In this document: piece by piece, positions 41,401 through 50,264 of the stretch
Layout: every line of letters begins with the position of its first letter
Position numbering within the stretch: position 1 is the stretch's first letter
NCBI GenBank assembly: GCA_014361195.1
Contig: JACIWA010000003.1
Location: 43,681 to 107,680 of the forward strand
Source of the DNA: Thermoplasmatales archaeon
Lineage (GTDB): Archaea > Thermoplasmatota > E2 > UBA202 > JdFR-43
Direction of reading: 5' to 3'
Length of the DNA: 64,000 bases
Translations under genes and position numbers: made by a program
The notes under the pieces: model-generated
What the model saw: only the letters and a program-made list of their open reading frames with translations
Databases searched by the model: none
Told to the model about the DNA's origin: nothing

Positions 41401-41583
41401 TGCAGTAAGTGTTACTGTTACATTTGTTACATACCATCCCCAGACTGGCAATTGTGGCTCAACAGATATTGTTGTCACTGGTGGAGTGGTATCTTGTGCC
41501 AAGACTGGCAAAGCGCTCGCTAATATTGCAACTACCACAACCAAACTTCCTATTTTTCTAATATTTCTTCTATTCATTTTCAT
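38497..41583 (-). CDS. Large secreted surface (S-layer-like) glycoprotein with PGF-CTERM archaeosortase sorting signal
   Basis: Signal peptide MKMNRRNIRKIGSLVVVVAILASALPVLAQ with a purine-rich GGGGGA just upstream (the ORF extends to 41652 but the internal Met is preferred); many N-x-S/T sequons; Ig-like/CarboxypepD-reg-like beta repeats; C-terminus PGFEMIGIAIAMFAAIFLLRRRK = PGF motif + TM + basic tail. Confidence 0.8.
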   Translation of the reverse strand: MKMNRRNIRKIGSLVVVVAILASALPVLAQDTTPPVTTISVEPQLPVWGWYVTNVTVTLTAQDDESGVNATYYRINEGNWITYTAPFTLSTPGKHKIEYYSIDNEGNEEDVNTDYIPIANLTTLQVTPTTANWNETKTIEINNAEGTVYLYAPRETEPRFTAQGPGYVRWSNVLLNISGKWWIVDKVNDNKANAFAIDVKPVELVVNATPDEVNYIKVGKPGCYINIEGTVTMAGQPATQAKIKLIYPDGSNETQNVTSDGRFSFIDRNIGQKGAGKYNVTAYIGDEQYPDAFGYDIVNVKTVAPNISLLVNNAIGGFDIGKVSFEITYPEDGLQLLPGNNYNISVYKGGELYAWRNNTGTSNQTNIVFNIDGKFLNLTSLMWEAGNYILKVDVDVTGDGNWEYVGEKDFSIPSAPAVNIKVLQPLDKIMNVLAPAANKQLLRIQIFGSNMTTYGTPDALNIGANNENVTDRIKIEGDVIYSPPENAYNHLGNGTWEIYVFPTKGNGIIYINVTWPEKGTAKETINISDGGVVTVTPKAIVVDTPTNIEVEVKDRYGNPIANANVSMYYEENLYFLGDAVENATISGDGSPGKGLNGKYNFTITSKHAGKNIIVVVDYIVGVGTQYAYARIESRAAHDLNVTITPSKVLAGENTEFTVNITKGGQAYSDNFEFFILNETELQKLHEGTFTLPSPVHTTSSANSTFKYHIEEAGKYYLYVRTADKKHDNMENEPSFEVTKATVTASPSLLVKNVDKNVTVSFSVTWEEKAFNGTLRIKGINAQNVTWVNDTIEITITNGIGNVSEVNATAIGNITFEFKPSADGSEFAEANGMLRITTPTVEIIEPAEKVAFLAEENLITILVKHPLTNAGLKGLNVRIITPMGAIDVGETDSNGKLLFGIVPLETGKIQIVVEDDDAGSIDVAIGLKIIAPELEKGKEARITVTTRGGKPVANAKVTIDGKTFTTDANGEIKFTPDKEGTITIVAEKDGYYKATKTVEVKAGPKTPGFEMIGIAIAMFAAIFLLRRRK

Positions 41584-41760
41584 TCCCCCTTCGATTTTCT
41601 TTCTAAAATGCTTTTCCTTTTTTAACTTTTTCTCTTTTTCCATTTTAAACAAGTAGAATTCAATTCCTTTTTATAAAGATTTTGCTTTTTACAATACTCT
41701 GGCTAACACAAAAAGCTTATATTTAGATTTGTTTTAACATTTTGTTAGCAAAATGATAAT

Positions 41761-42165
41761 ATGAGTAAGCCAATTGGAGTAAGAGTTGATGAAAAGCAGG
41801 AAGAGGTATGGCTTAAATTCAAGGAGTTTGTAGAAGGAAAATACGGAAAAAAACATACTGTTTTAGGAAATGAGCTTGTAAAGGCTTTACAGCTATATTT
41901 AGAGTTATATGAGAAAATAAATTATAAGAAAGAGCCACAAACACATCTTATAAGGGAGAGGAGAGGAGATATAGAGCTCATGCCTCTTAGAGAAATATCT
42001 TATGATTTGCTAAATACATTGATAGCATGTCGTGGATACTTAGAGCATATAGAAGATGAACTGGAAAATATTCCAGATAGCGCCAGGGAAAAAATAGATA
42101 AGATAAGGCAATCCCTTTTCAAAATGCAAAAAATTATTCAAGATAGAATAGAGACAATTAAATGA
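41761..42165 (+). CDS. Hypothetical protein with possible N-terminal ribbon-helix-helix fold
   Basis: 134 aa; N-terminus IGVRVDEKQEEVWLKFKEFVE resembles strand-helix-helix of CopG/Arc-type regulators; weak. Confidence 0.4.
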   Translation: MSKPIGVRVDEKQEEVWLKFKEFVEGKYGKKHTVLGNELVKALQLYLELYEKINYKKEPQTHLIRERRGDIELMPLREISYDLLNTLIACRGYLEHIEDELENIPDSAREKIDKIRQSLFKMQKIIQDRIETIK

Positions 42166-43220
42166 AGAAAATAGGTTTTATAATAAATCCAATTGCTGGA
42201 ATGGGAGGGAAAGTAGGATTGAAGGGCACAGATGGAAAACTTGAAGAGGCAATCAGAAGAGGGGCAAAACCTGTCGCAATAGAAAGAGCTCTCGAATTTT
42301 TATCAAGCACAAAAAAAGATTATGAATTTATCACATGCTCATCTGAAATGGGGGAAAATGCTCTCTTAAGGGGTCAAAAAAAATTCAAAGTTGTTTATGA
42401 AGCAGGGGAAAAAACAACCGCGGAAGACACAAAAAGAGGAGCAAAAATAATCTCCAAGGAGGCAGAGATAATAGTTTTTGTGGGTGGAGACGGCACCGCA
42501 AGGGATATTTTTGAGGCTATCGACGCCAAATTGCCGATACTTGGGGTGCCATCAGGAGTGAAGATGTATTCGGGTGTGTTTGCAATGACTCCAGGTGATG
42601 CGGGTAAGATAGTTGATGAAATTGATGAGCTGGGGTTTGAGGAGAGGGAAATATTTGATATAGATGAAGATGTGCTCAAGGAAGATAAGATAATAACAAG
42701 AATAGTGGGTTATGCAATTGTTCCTCGCCATGAAAAAGTTCAATGCGGTAAAGAAGTTTATTATGGAAATGGAAAAGAGGAGATTGCTTCTTGGTTTATT
42801 GAAGAAATGGAAAGAGATGTTTTATATATAATAGGAGGAGGATCCACAACTTGGGAAATAAAAAAGAGGATTGGAGGAGGATCTTTTCTTGGCATAGATT
42901 TAGCAAAAAATGGAAAAATTATTTTTAAAGATGCGAGTGAAGAGGATATAAAAAAATTTTTGAAAGGGAAGGCAAAAATTGTTGTATCTCCTATGGGGGG
43001 ACAGGGATTTATTTTTGGAAGGGGTAATCAGCCAATAAGTGCGGAAATAATAAGAAATGTGGGCAAGGAAAATATAATAGTTGTTTCAACAAAAGAAAAA
43101 TTGGATAGAATAGATTCCTTAAAAGTGGATACTGGAAGCGAGGAGGTAAATGAAATTCTTCATGGCTTCATCTCAGTTTATACAGGATATAAGGAAAGAA
43201 AAATAATGAAGGTGGTATAA
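42162..43220 (+). CDS. ATP-NAD kinase / diacylglycerol-kinase-like family protein (COG3199-type)
   Basis: 352 aa; GGDGT motif (IIVFVGGDGTARD) and second glycine-rich segment IIGGGST. Confidence 0.65.
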   Translation: MKKIGFIINPIAGMGGKVGLKGTDGKLEEAIRRGAKPVAIERALEFLSSTKKDYEFITCSSEMGENALLRGQKKFKVVYEAGEKTTAEDTKRGAKIISKEAEIIVFVGGDGTARDIFEAIDAKLPILGVPSGVKMYSGVFAMTPGDAGKIVDEIDELGFEEREIFDIDEDVLKEDKIITRIVGYAIVPRHEKVQCGKEVYYGNGKEEIASWFIEEMERDVLYIIGGGSTTWEIKKRIGGGSFLGIDLAKNGKIIFKDASEEDIKKFLKGKAKIVVSPMGGQGFIFGRGNQPISAEIIRNVGKENIIVVSTKEKLDRIDSLKVDTGSEEVNEILHGFISVYTGYKERKIMKVV

Positions 43221-43621
43221 TGTTAATAGCAGAAAGAGATAAAATAATTGAAATTTTAAAAAATGCAAGGAACATTGCAATAGTCGGGATATCAAAAGAT
43301 GAGGGAAGAGCAAGTTATCAAATTGCAAAAAAACTTGGCAAATATAATCTATTTTTTGTGAACCCAAAATATGCAAATGAAGAAATTCTTGGAAGAAAAG
43401 TTTATTCTTCCCTTAAAGAGATAAAAGATAAAATAGACATAGTAGATGTTTTCAGAAATAAACTATATGCGGAAGAAGTAATAAAAGAGGCAATTGAGGC
43501 AAGGGCAAAAGTTGTGTGGTTTCAACCCGGCTCCGAAAATTTGGAGATAATAGAAAAATACAGGGATGAGATAGATATTATATTCAATGCGTGTATTGGA
43601 GTTATAAACGGTTTTATATAA
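43220..43621 (+). CDS. CoA-binding domain protein (YccU-like)
   Basis: 133 aa Rossmann-like; NIAIVGIS...VDVF...VWFQPG pattern of CoA_binding_2. Confidence 0.7.
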   Translation: MLIAERDKIIEILKNARNIAIVGISKDEGRASYQIAKKLGKYNLFFVNPKYANEEILGRKVYSSLKEIKDKIDIVDVFRNKLYAEEVIKEAIEARAKVVWFQPGSENLEIIEKYRDEIDIIFNACIGVINGFI

Positions 43622-43637
43622 TAAAAGATTTACTATC

Positions 43638-44594
43638 ATGCAAGCATTCTCGCTCCTTAATTCATTTCCCGAGCAAATAAAGGATGCATTGAAAATAGCA
43701 AGCTCTTATAATTTCTCATTTTCTGCTGATAAAATAATTTTTTGTGGGATGGGTGGCTCAGGAATAAGCGGGGAGATATTAAAAAATTTCTCAAATGTCC
43801 CTTTTATTGCTGTTAAAGATTATAATCTCCCATATTTTGCAGACTCTTCTACTCTTTTAATTGCAATGAGTTACAGTGGAAATACATCGGAAGTAATTTC
43901 ATGCTATAAAGAAGCAAAGAAGAAAGGTTGTAAAATTCTTGCGGTAACATCAGGTGGCATACTTTCAAAAGAGAAAAATTCAATAATTTTGCCCGCAGGC
44001 ATGCCCCCAAGATTTGCAATTGCATATCTTCTTTTTACACTTGCATTAACTCTTGAAAATAACGGGCTTATCAAAAAGCAAGATTACGAAGAAATAATAA
44101 CAGTTACTGAAATTATCAGAGATAGAATGAAAGAGAAGGGCAATATTGCGGAAGAAATTGCAAAAAAAATAAAAGGAATTCCATTGATATATGGATATGC
44201 GGAAATGGCGAGCATAGCAAAAAGATGGAGGCAACAATTAAATGAAAATGCAAAAATGCTTGCATTTGATTTTCAAGTAAGCGAATGCAATCATAATGAA
44301 ATCGAGGCTTGGGAAAGAGATTTAAAAAATTTAACATGCATTTTTTTAAGAGGAAATGAAAATGAGGAAGTTAAAAAAAGATTTGATTTCATGAAAAGAA
44401 AATATGGAGAAAAAGCAATAATTATTGAATATTTTGCGGAAGGTAAAAGTTTGTTTGCAAAAATGATATCTTCTCTTTATATAGGCGATTATGTGAGCTT
44501 ATATAAAGCAAATTTGGATGGTTTTGATCCAATAGAAACAAAATTGATAAAAGAGTTGAAGAAAGAGCTGGCAAGCAAAACTCCGCAAAAATAA
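43638..44594 (+). CDS. Bifunctional phosphoglucose/phosphomannose isomerase (archaeal SIS-domain PGI/PMI)
   Basis: 318 aa; SIS motifs CGMGGSGISG and SYSGNTSE. Confidence 0.75.
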   Translation: MQAFSLLNSFPEQIKDALKIASSYNFSFSADKIIFCGMGGSGISGEILKNFSNVPFIAVKDYNLPYFADSSTLLIAMSYSGNTSEVISCYKEAKKKGCKILAVTSGGILSKEKNSIILPAGMPPRFAIAYLLFTLALTLENNGLIKKQDYEEIITVTEIIRDRMKEKGNIAEEIAKKIKGIPLIYGYAEMASIAKRWRQQLNENAKMLAFDFQVSECNHNEIEAWERDLKNLTCIFLRGNENEEVKKRFDFMKRKYGEKAIIIEYFAEGKSLFAKMISSLYIGDYVSLYKANLDGFDPIETKLIKELKKELASKTPQK

Positions 44595-44615
44595 TAAATT
44601 GCATTTCTATATACT

Positions 44616-45575
44616 TTGGGGATAAAAATGGAAGAAATGTACGATGTTATAGTTGTTGGAGGTGGGCCTGCTGGTTTGACAACTGCTATCATGTGTGCAA
44701 GCAGGATGCTTAAAACGCTTGTGCTTGAAAGTGGGAAATGGGGTGGATTGCCCGCTACTCTATACCCGAGTAAAGTGATACCAAATTATCCAGGATTTCC
44801 GGAAGGTATAACCGGAATTGAACTTGTGAGGAAATGGATAAAGCAAGCAAGGGAGAGCAAATATATTACAATGGTCAGGGAAAGAGTTATTAAAATAGAG
44901 AAAGGAGGTGTTGTTAAAACAGAGGAAAATGAATATCATGGAAAGACAATTGTTATAGCAACTGGAACACGCCCGCAGGAGCTTGGCATAGAAGGAGAGA
45001 GTAAATTCAATAAAGGAGACAAAGGGGTTTATTACTATGTTACCCATAGAGAGGATTTCATAGGGAGTAAAGTTCTTGTTGTGGGAGGGGGAGATACTGC
45101 GGTTGATGCATCACTTGATTTAGTTGACCTTGCTGAAGAAATAACAATAATTCACAGGAGAGATAGATTCAGGGCTTTAGATGAAAATGTGAAGAAGATG
45201 GAGGAAAGCAAGATAAATATAATGCTAAATACAGAGCTTGAAGAAATAAGAGGAAAGGATAAAGTTGAGGAAGCCATTCTTTTCAACAACAAAACAGGAG
45301 AAAGAAAGACATTGAAAGTAGATAAAATAGTTCTTGCGGTTGGTCTAAAACCAAATACAGAAATGTTTGAAGAACTTGGAATAAAAACAGATGAAAAAGG
45401 ATATATAATAACCGATCACATGCAGCGCACAAATGTTGAAGGAGTTTTTGCGGTGGGAGATATCGTGAGGGGGGCATTCCGCCTTCTCATTGTTGGCGCA
45501 GCCCACGGAGCAATAGCATCCCAAAAGATATATGAATATGTAAGGAAGCCATATTGGGCGGGAGAAATCAGCTGA
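44616..45575 (+). CDS. Thioredoxin-reductase-like FAD/NAD(P)-binding oxidoreductase (no redox-active CxxC seen)
   Basis: 319 aa; FAD GxGxxG (VIVVGGGPAG), NAD(P) GxGxxA (VLVVGGGDTAVD), C-terminal FAVGDI; the CATC-type disulfide of true TrxR is absent. Confidence 0.7.
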   Translation: MGIKMEEMYDVIVVGGGPAGLTTAIMCASRMLKTLVLESGKWGGLPATLYPSKVIPNYPGFPEGITGIELVRKWIKQARESKYITMVRERVIKIEKGGVVKTEENEYHGKTIVIATGTRPQELGIEGESKFNKGDKGVYYYVTHREDFIGSKVLVVGGGDTAVDASLDLVDLAEEITIIHRRDRFRALDENVKKMEESKINIMLNTELEEIRGKDKVEEAILFNNKTGERKTLKVDKIVLAVGLKPNTEMFEELGIKTDEKGYIITDHMQRTNVEGVFAVGDIVRGAFRLLIVGAAHGAIASQKIYEYVRKPYWAGEIS

Positions 45576-48500
45576 ACATCCTTCTAATCCTCTTATAATA
45601 AGGTAATTCAGAGTACTTGAAATCTATCTTGAAATCTACCCCAATATCTGCGTCGCAAATTTCTATTCCTTTTTCCAAAATTCTCTCTTTCAATTCTTCA
45701 AAATATTTATTTTTTTCAAAATTTAAAAAGCATATTTTCTTCAATTTTTCTGCATTAAAATCCATGATTATTCCCAAATCAAGTATATCCTCAACTTCAA
45801 AAGGAGTAAAAAATTCGTGATTGAATTTTATTTCTGGGTCAATTTCTATTGATTTTGCAAATATTTCAATTTCTTTCTCTTTTTCTTCATAATCAATAGC
45901 ATTTTTAATGCATTCATTTCCACATATTCCGCAACCCAGACAAGCTCTGCATGCCAAGCATCTATTTGCTTCACTAACAGCGGTTTTTTTATCAAAACCT
46001 TTCTCAACTTCCTTAAATGTGCTTATCCTTTCATCAATGCTTATCTCCTCAATATTTTTTCTCTTTTCTTTTCCAAAAATTGATAAAACAACATTTCTTT
46101 TCATGATATCAACGTCTTCATAACTTGCTATCATTCTATTTATATCTCTTTCAACAGGATCAAAATCTATTTTTTTGCCATGTAAATAGGCATCTATTGC
46201 CTTTGCAACTCTTCTTCCCCATGCAACCGCTTCTATTACTATAGATGGGCCACTCACCGCATCTCCTCCCGCAAAAACTCCCGGCAGAGATGTTGTTCCA
46301 GTATTTTCATCAACATAAATCAATCCATCCTTCTTTATTTCATCTGGCAGAAATGATAGATCAGGTTGCTGACCAATTGCAGAAATAACAACATCCGCCT
46401 CAATGAAAAACTCACTGCCTTTCTTTGGAACAGGTTTTCTTCTCCCACTTTCATCTGGCTCTCCTAGCTCCATCTTCACACATTCAATTTTCTCAACGCT
46501 TTCTTTTCCAACAATTTTTAAAGGAGCGGTTAGGAAAAGAAAATTCACTCCCTCTTCTTCTGCATATCTTATTTCTTCCTCGCGAGCGGGCATTTCCTGC
46601 CTGCTCCTTCTATATAAAATTGTCACATCGCATCCAAATCTTATTGCACACCTTGCAGCATCTATTGCAACATCTCCTCCACCTATAACAACAACTTTCT
46701 TCCCTGAAATAATTGCCCTTACATTTTCTGGATATATATTTACTTCTCTTAAGAAATCAACTCCAGGTATAACTCCTTTTAAATTTTCCCCTTCTATACC
46801 CATCTTTCTGCTCTTATGAGCTCCTACTCCAATAAATATTGCATCAAAATTCTTCCTGATCTCTTCAAAAGATATATCCTTTCCTATCCTACAATTCAAC
46901 TGTATCTCAACACCCATTTCAAGAATTGCATTTATTTCTCTATTCAGCACATCTTTTGGAAGCCTATAGGGAGGAATGCCAACCGCGAGCATTCCCCCTG
47001 CAACAGGTAGTGCTTCAAAAATTTTAACTTTATACCCCATTCTTGCAAGTTCATATGCAACAGTTAAACCCGCTGGGCCTGAGCCAATTACCGCAATCTT
47101 ATATTTACTATTTTCATTTACTGGCATTTTTCCGAGATCAATTTTTCCCTTATTTTCCCACTCCCAATCCGCAACAAATCTCTTCAATAACCTTATTGAA
47201 ATTGCCCCATCAATTCCATTTCTCCTGCAAATTTCCTCACAGGGATGAGGACACACCCTTCCAAGCACACCTGGCAAAGGAAGGCGCTCTCTTATTAAAT
47301 TTATTGCCCCTTCAAAATCTCCTTCCGCAATTCTCGCCACATATCCTCGAACATCAACATGTGCAGGGCAATTAGTTTGGCAGAAAGGGCTCTCCTTCTC
47401 AAGGAAAAATGTGCTTGGTGCGCCATTTCTTCCATAAATTGCTTTCCTTGAAAAAATAGTTTGCTCCCTATCAACTGTCCTTACAGGGCATATTTCATAG
47501 CATATATTGCAGTTGTTGCAGTTTTCATTAACTCTTGTAGGATATTTTATTATTTTTACAACCCCATCCCTTATGCTTTTTACAATTGAATTGTTTGCAA
47601 TAAATATTTTTCCTTCCTTTACTAAGGCCAGAAACTCGTCATATTTGCAATCATCGTTTAAAGAGGAGAGGTGCTTCCTTATGGTATATTTATTTATTGA
47701 TGGATATTTCTCAACAATAACAACATTTTCTCCATTTTTTGATAATTCAATCGCCTTGTTTATGCCATATGCTCCTCCTCCTATTATCACATGTGCCTTC
47801 TTCAATTCGCTTATATCTTTTGTTTCGCTTATATCTAATGAAAAATCTTTTTCCTCTTTTTTTATTTCATTTTCTAATAAAAATACATATTTTCCATTTT
47901 CCTCTCTGAAAGATAATTCCCCATTTTTTATCATATCAAGCAAATATAAATATAGAATTTTTTTATCAATAAACTTCGATATTTCATCAAATCCTTTTCC
48001 TTCATTGATTAAAAATTTTATTGTTTCTATATTCATCTCATCTCTTAAAATTTCATCGCCTATTCTGTCAAACTCATAATTTGTATAAATTTCATCATAT
48101 TTATTTCCAAGGAATGTGAGCATTCTGTGCTTTCCCGCAATAATTCTTGCTCTTGGTTTAATTGAAACATTGTATGCAACTTTAAGAAGGGTATCATCTT
48201 TCAACTCCTCTTTCAATGGCCCGAGCTTTTCAATTTCTCTTGAAAATTCATCAACAATCCTTGCAAATTTTTCTCCCTCAGAAGCAGAAATCCATTCCAG
48301 CCTTAAGCGAGATGGATTAACCCCCGCAAATTTAAGTAGCTTTTTTGCAACATAAATCTTCCCTATTGTATAATAATTTCCAGTGACATAATGGCAGTCT
48401 CCAAGATGACAACCTCCAACAAGAACACCATCAACACCTTTTAGAAATGCTTTAATAATGAAAAATGGCTCAACCCTGGTTGAGCACATAACGCGAACAA

Positions 48501-48594
48501 CTCTTATTGTAGGAGGATATTGATATCTGCTCACTCCCGCCAGATCCGCGCCCGCATAACTGCACCAGTTGCAGAGTAGGCCAAGTATTTTCAA
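45568..48594 (-). CDS. Multidomain oxidoreductase: N-terminal MvhD (hydrogenase delta-subunit) domain fused to a GltD/NfnB/SudA-like FAD-NAD(P)H-FeS oxidoreductase
   Basis: 1008 aa; MvhD signature LCNWCSYAGADLAG...CSTR...GGCHLGDCHY at the N-terminus; GltD-type FeS region (FCQTNCP...GRVCPHPCEEIC) followed by KIAVIGSGPAGL and VVVIGGGDVAIDAAR nucleotide-binding motifs; C-terminal CLACRACLGCGIC cluster. Confidence 0.8.
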   Translation of the reverse strand: MKILGLLCNWCSYAGADLAGVSRYQYPPTIRVVRVMCSTRVEPFFIIKAFLKGVDGVLVGGCHLGDCHYVTGNYYTIGKIYVAKKLLKFAGVNPSRLRLEWISASEGEKFARIVDEFSREIEKLGPLKEELKDDTLLKVAYNVSIKPRARIIAGKHRMLTFLGNKYDEIYTNYEFDRIGDEILRDEMNIETIKFLINEGKGFDEISKFIDKKILYLYLLDMIKNGELSFREENGKYVFLLENEIKKEEKDFSLDISETKDISELKKAHVIIGGGAYGINKAIELSKNGENVVIVEKYPSINKYTIRKHLSSLNDDCKYDEFLALVKEGKIFIANNSIVKSIRDGVVKIIKYPTRVNENCNNCNICYEICPVRTVDREQTIFSRKAIYGRNGAPSTFFLEKESPFCQTNCPAHVDVRGYVARIAEGDFEGAINLIRERLPLPGVLGRVCPHPCEEICRRNGIDGAISIRLLKRFVADWEWENKGKIDLGKMPVNENSKYKIAVIGSGPAGLTVAYELARMGYKVKIFEALPVAGGMLAVGIPPYRLPKDVLNREINAILEMGVEIQLNCRIGKDISFEEIRKNFDAIFIGVGAHKSRKMGIEGENLKGVIPGVDFLREVNIYPENVRAIISGKKVVVIGGGDVAIDAARCAIRFGCDVTILYRRSRQEMPAREEEIRYAEEEGVNFLFLTAPLKIVGKESVEKIECVKMELGEPDESGRRKPVPKKGSEFFIEADVVISAIGQQPDLSFLPDEIKKDGLIYVDENTGTTSLPGVFAGGDAVSGPSIVIEAVAWGRRVAKAIDAYLHGKKIDFDPVERDINRMIASYEDVDIMKRNVVLSIFGKEKRKNIEEISIDERISTFKEVEKGFDKKTAVSEANRCLACRACLGCGICGNECIKNAIDYEEKEKEIEIFAKSIEIDPEIKFNHEFFTPFEVEDILDLGIIMDFNAEKLKKICFLNFEKNKYFEELKERILEKGIEICDADIGVDFKIDFKYSELPYYKRIRRMFS

Positions 48595-50264
48595 TCTATC
48601 ACCTCTATTTCCGCAACTATTTGCTCATCTCTGAAATGCTTCATATCAATTGCTTTATGTATGCAGGATGAAGAGCATGCCCCGCATCCCTTACAAGCAG
48701 CGGGTATATTTTCAGCAACTTTCTTACCATTTTTTTCAACAATTATCATTGCTCCATATGGACAAACTTCAACACACATTCCACAGCCCATGCATTTATT
48801 TTCATCAATATATGGCGTATATGGCTCAACTTTCACAAAACCATTTAACATAGGAATGGATGCCCTTCCAGCAGCTGCAAGAGCTTGAATTTTTGCTTCC
48901 TCAATTGTTGCGGGCGCCCTGCAGGAACCACACATGTAAATTCCATCTGTTGCAAAATCAACAGGGCGCAACTTTACATGGGCCTCAAAGAAAAAGCCAT
49001 CTAAACCAAGAGGAACTTTTAGCATTTGGGATATTTTTTTAGCGTCTTCGCTTTCTACAAGAGGAGTGGAAAGAATAACCAGATCCGCAGGCAATTCAAT
49101 TTTTCTCCTGAGCCCTGGATGATACAATCCAACAAATATTTTGCCATCTTTTCTTTCAATTGATGAAACTGTTGGAATGCTATCACTAACTCTTATGAAC
49201 CTAACACCTTCTTCTCTTGCCTTCCTCACATATTCTTCATATTTTACTCCATAACTCTGCAAACCCTTATGAATTATATATACATTTGAATCAGGAATCA
49301 TTTTCTTAATTATCCTTGCATTTTTCACCGAGTTCATACAGCATATCCTTGAGCAATACCTTACTCTTTCCCCTCTCCCTCCAACACATTGTATAAAAAC
49401 AAAATCATTTCCTTTTAATTTATTCTCCTTAAGCATTTTTTCAAGCTCAATCTGGGTTATTATATTTTCATATTCCTGATAATTATACATATATGTTGGC
49501 TGATATGGCTTTGCTCCAATTGCAACAATTATTGTTCCTACCTTTATTTCCTTATTTATTTTCCCTCTTATTAGCACGTTGAAATTTCCTATATAGCCAT
49601 CAATTTTTTCAACCTTGCTTGATAAATATATATTTATGTTCCTGTACTTTTTAACTTCCTCAACAGCATCTTTTAGCACTTTGCTCGCTTCTTCATCTTC
49701 TGGATATACCTTATATATATAATTCAATATTCCCCCGAGTCTATCCTCTTTTTCAACTAAATGCACCTCAATTCCCTGCTTTGCAAGGGCAACAGCAGAA
49801 GTTAATCCAGAAATGCCTCCCCCTATAATAAGGCAGGATTTTTCAACAGGTATTTTTATTTCTTCTAATGGCTCTAATAAGCGGGCTTTTGCAACTCCCA
49901 TTCTTATTAAATCCTTTGCTTTTTCTGTTGCCTTCTCCCTTTCCTTTTGATGAACCCATGAGCATTGGTCGCGAATATTAACAAATTCAAATAAAAATTT
50001 ATTCAACCCAGCCATCTCACAAGCTTTTCTGAAAAGTGGCTCATGCGTTCTTGGCGTGCAGGATGCAACAACAACCCTGTCAAGCTTATATTCCTTTATT
50101 GCATTAATTATTTCCTGCAGACCTGCATTGGAGCATGTGTACATATTTTCCTTTACATAAACCACGTCTGGCAAGCTCTTTGCATACTCACACACCACTG
50201 GTACATCTAAAAAGCCCGCTATATTTGTACCGCAATCACAAACAAAAACCCCTATTCTAGGCAT
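48591..50264 (-). CDS. Heterodisulfide reductase subunit A-like flavoprotein (HdrA/QmoB-like, with C-terminal 2x[4Fe-4S] ferredoxin domain)
   Basis: Start taken at MPRIGVFVCDCGTNIAG (8-nt overlap ATGCCTAG with the upstream gene); FAD motif IIGGGISGL; HdrA Cys signature CVGGRGERVRYCSRICC; CMGCGMCVEVCP and CKGCGACSSSC ferredoxin motifs. Confidence 0.8.
   Translation of the reverse strand: MPRIGVFVCDCGTNIAGFLDVPVVCEYAKSLPDVVYVKENMYTCSNAGLQEIINAIKEYKLDRVVVASCTPRTHEPLFRKACEMAGLNKFLFEFVNIRDQCSWVHQKEREKATEKAKDLIRMGVAKARLLEPLEEIKIPVEKSCLIIGGGISGLTSAVALAKQGIEVHLVEKEDRLGGILNYIYKVYPEDEEASKVLKDAVEEVKKYRNINIYLSSKVEKIDGYIGNFNVLIRGKINKEIKVGTIIVAIGAKPYQPTYMYNYQEYENIITQIELEKMLKENKLKGNDFVFIQCVGGRGERVRYCSRICCMNSVKNARIIKKMIPDSNVYIIHKGLQSYGVKYEEYVRKAREEGVRFIRVSDSIPTVSSIERKDGKIFVGLYHPGLRRKIELPADLVILSTPLVESEDAKKISQMLKVPLGLDGFFFEAHVKLRPVDFATDGIYMCGSCRAPATIEEAKIQALAAAGRASIPMLNGFVKVEPYTPYIDENKCMGCGMCVEVCPYGAMIIVEKNGKKVAENIPAACKGCGACSSSCIHKAIDMKHFRDEQIVAEIEVID

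Noticed and set aside
46403-48355. Several plus-strand ORFs (up to 190 aa) antisense to the MvhD-GltD-like gene
   Set aside because: Lie within a well-supported multidomain oxidoreductase gene on the opposite strand; composition-driven.
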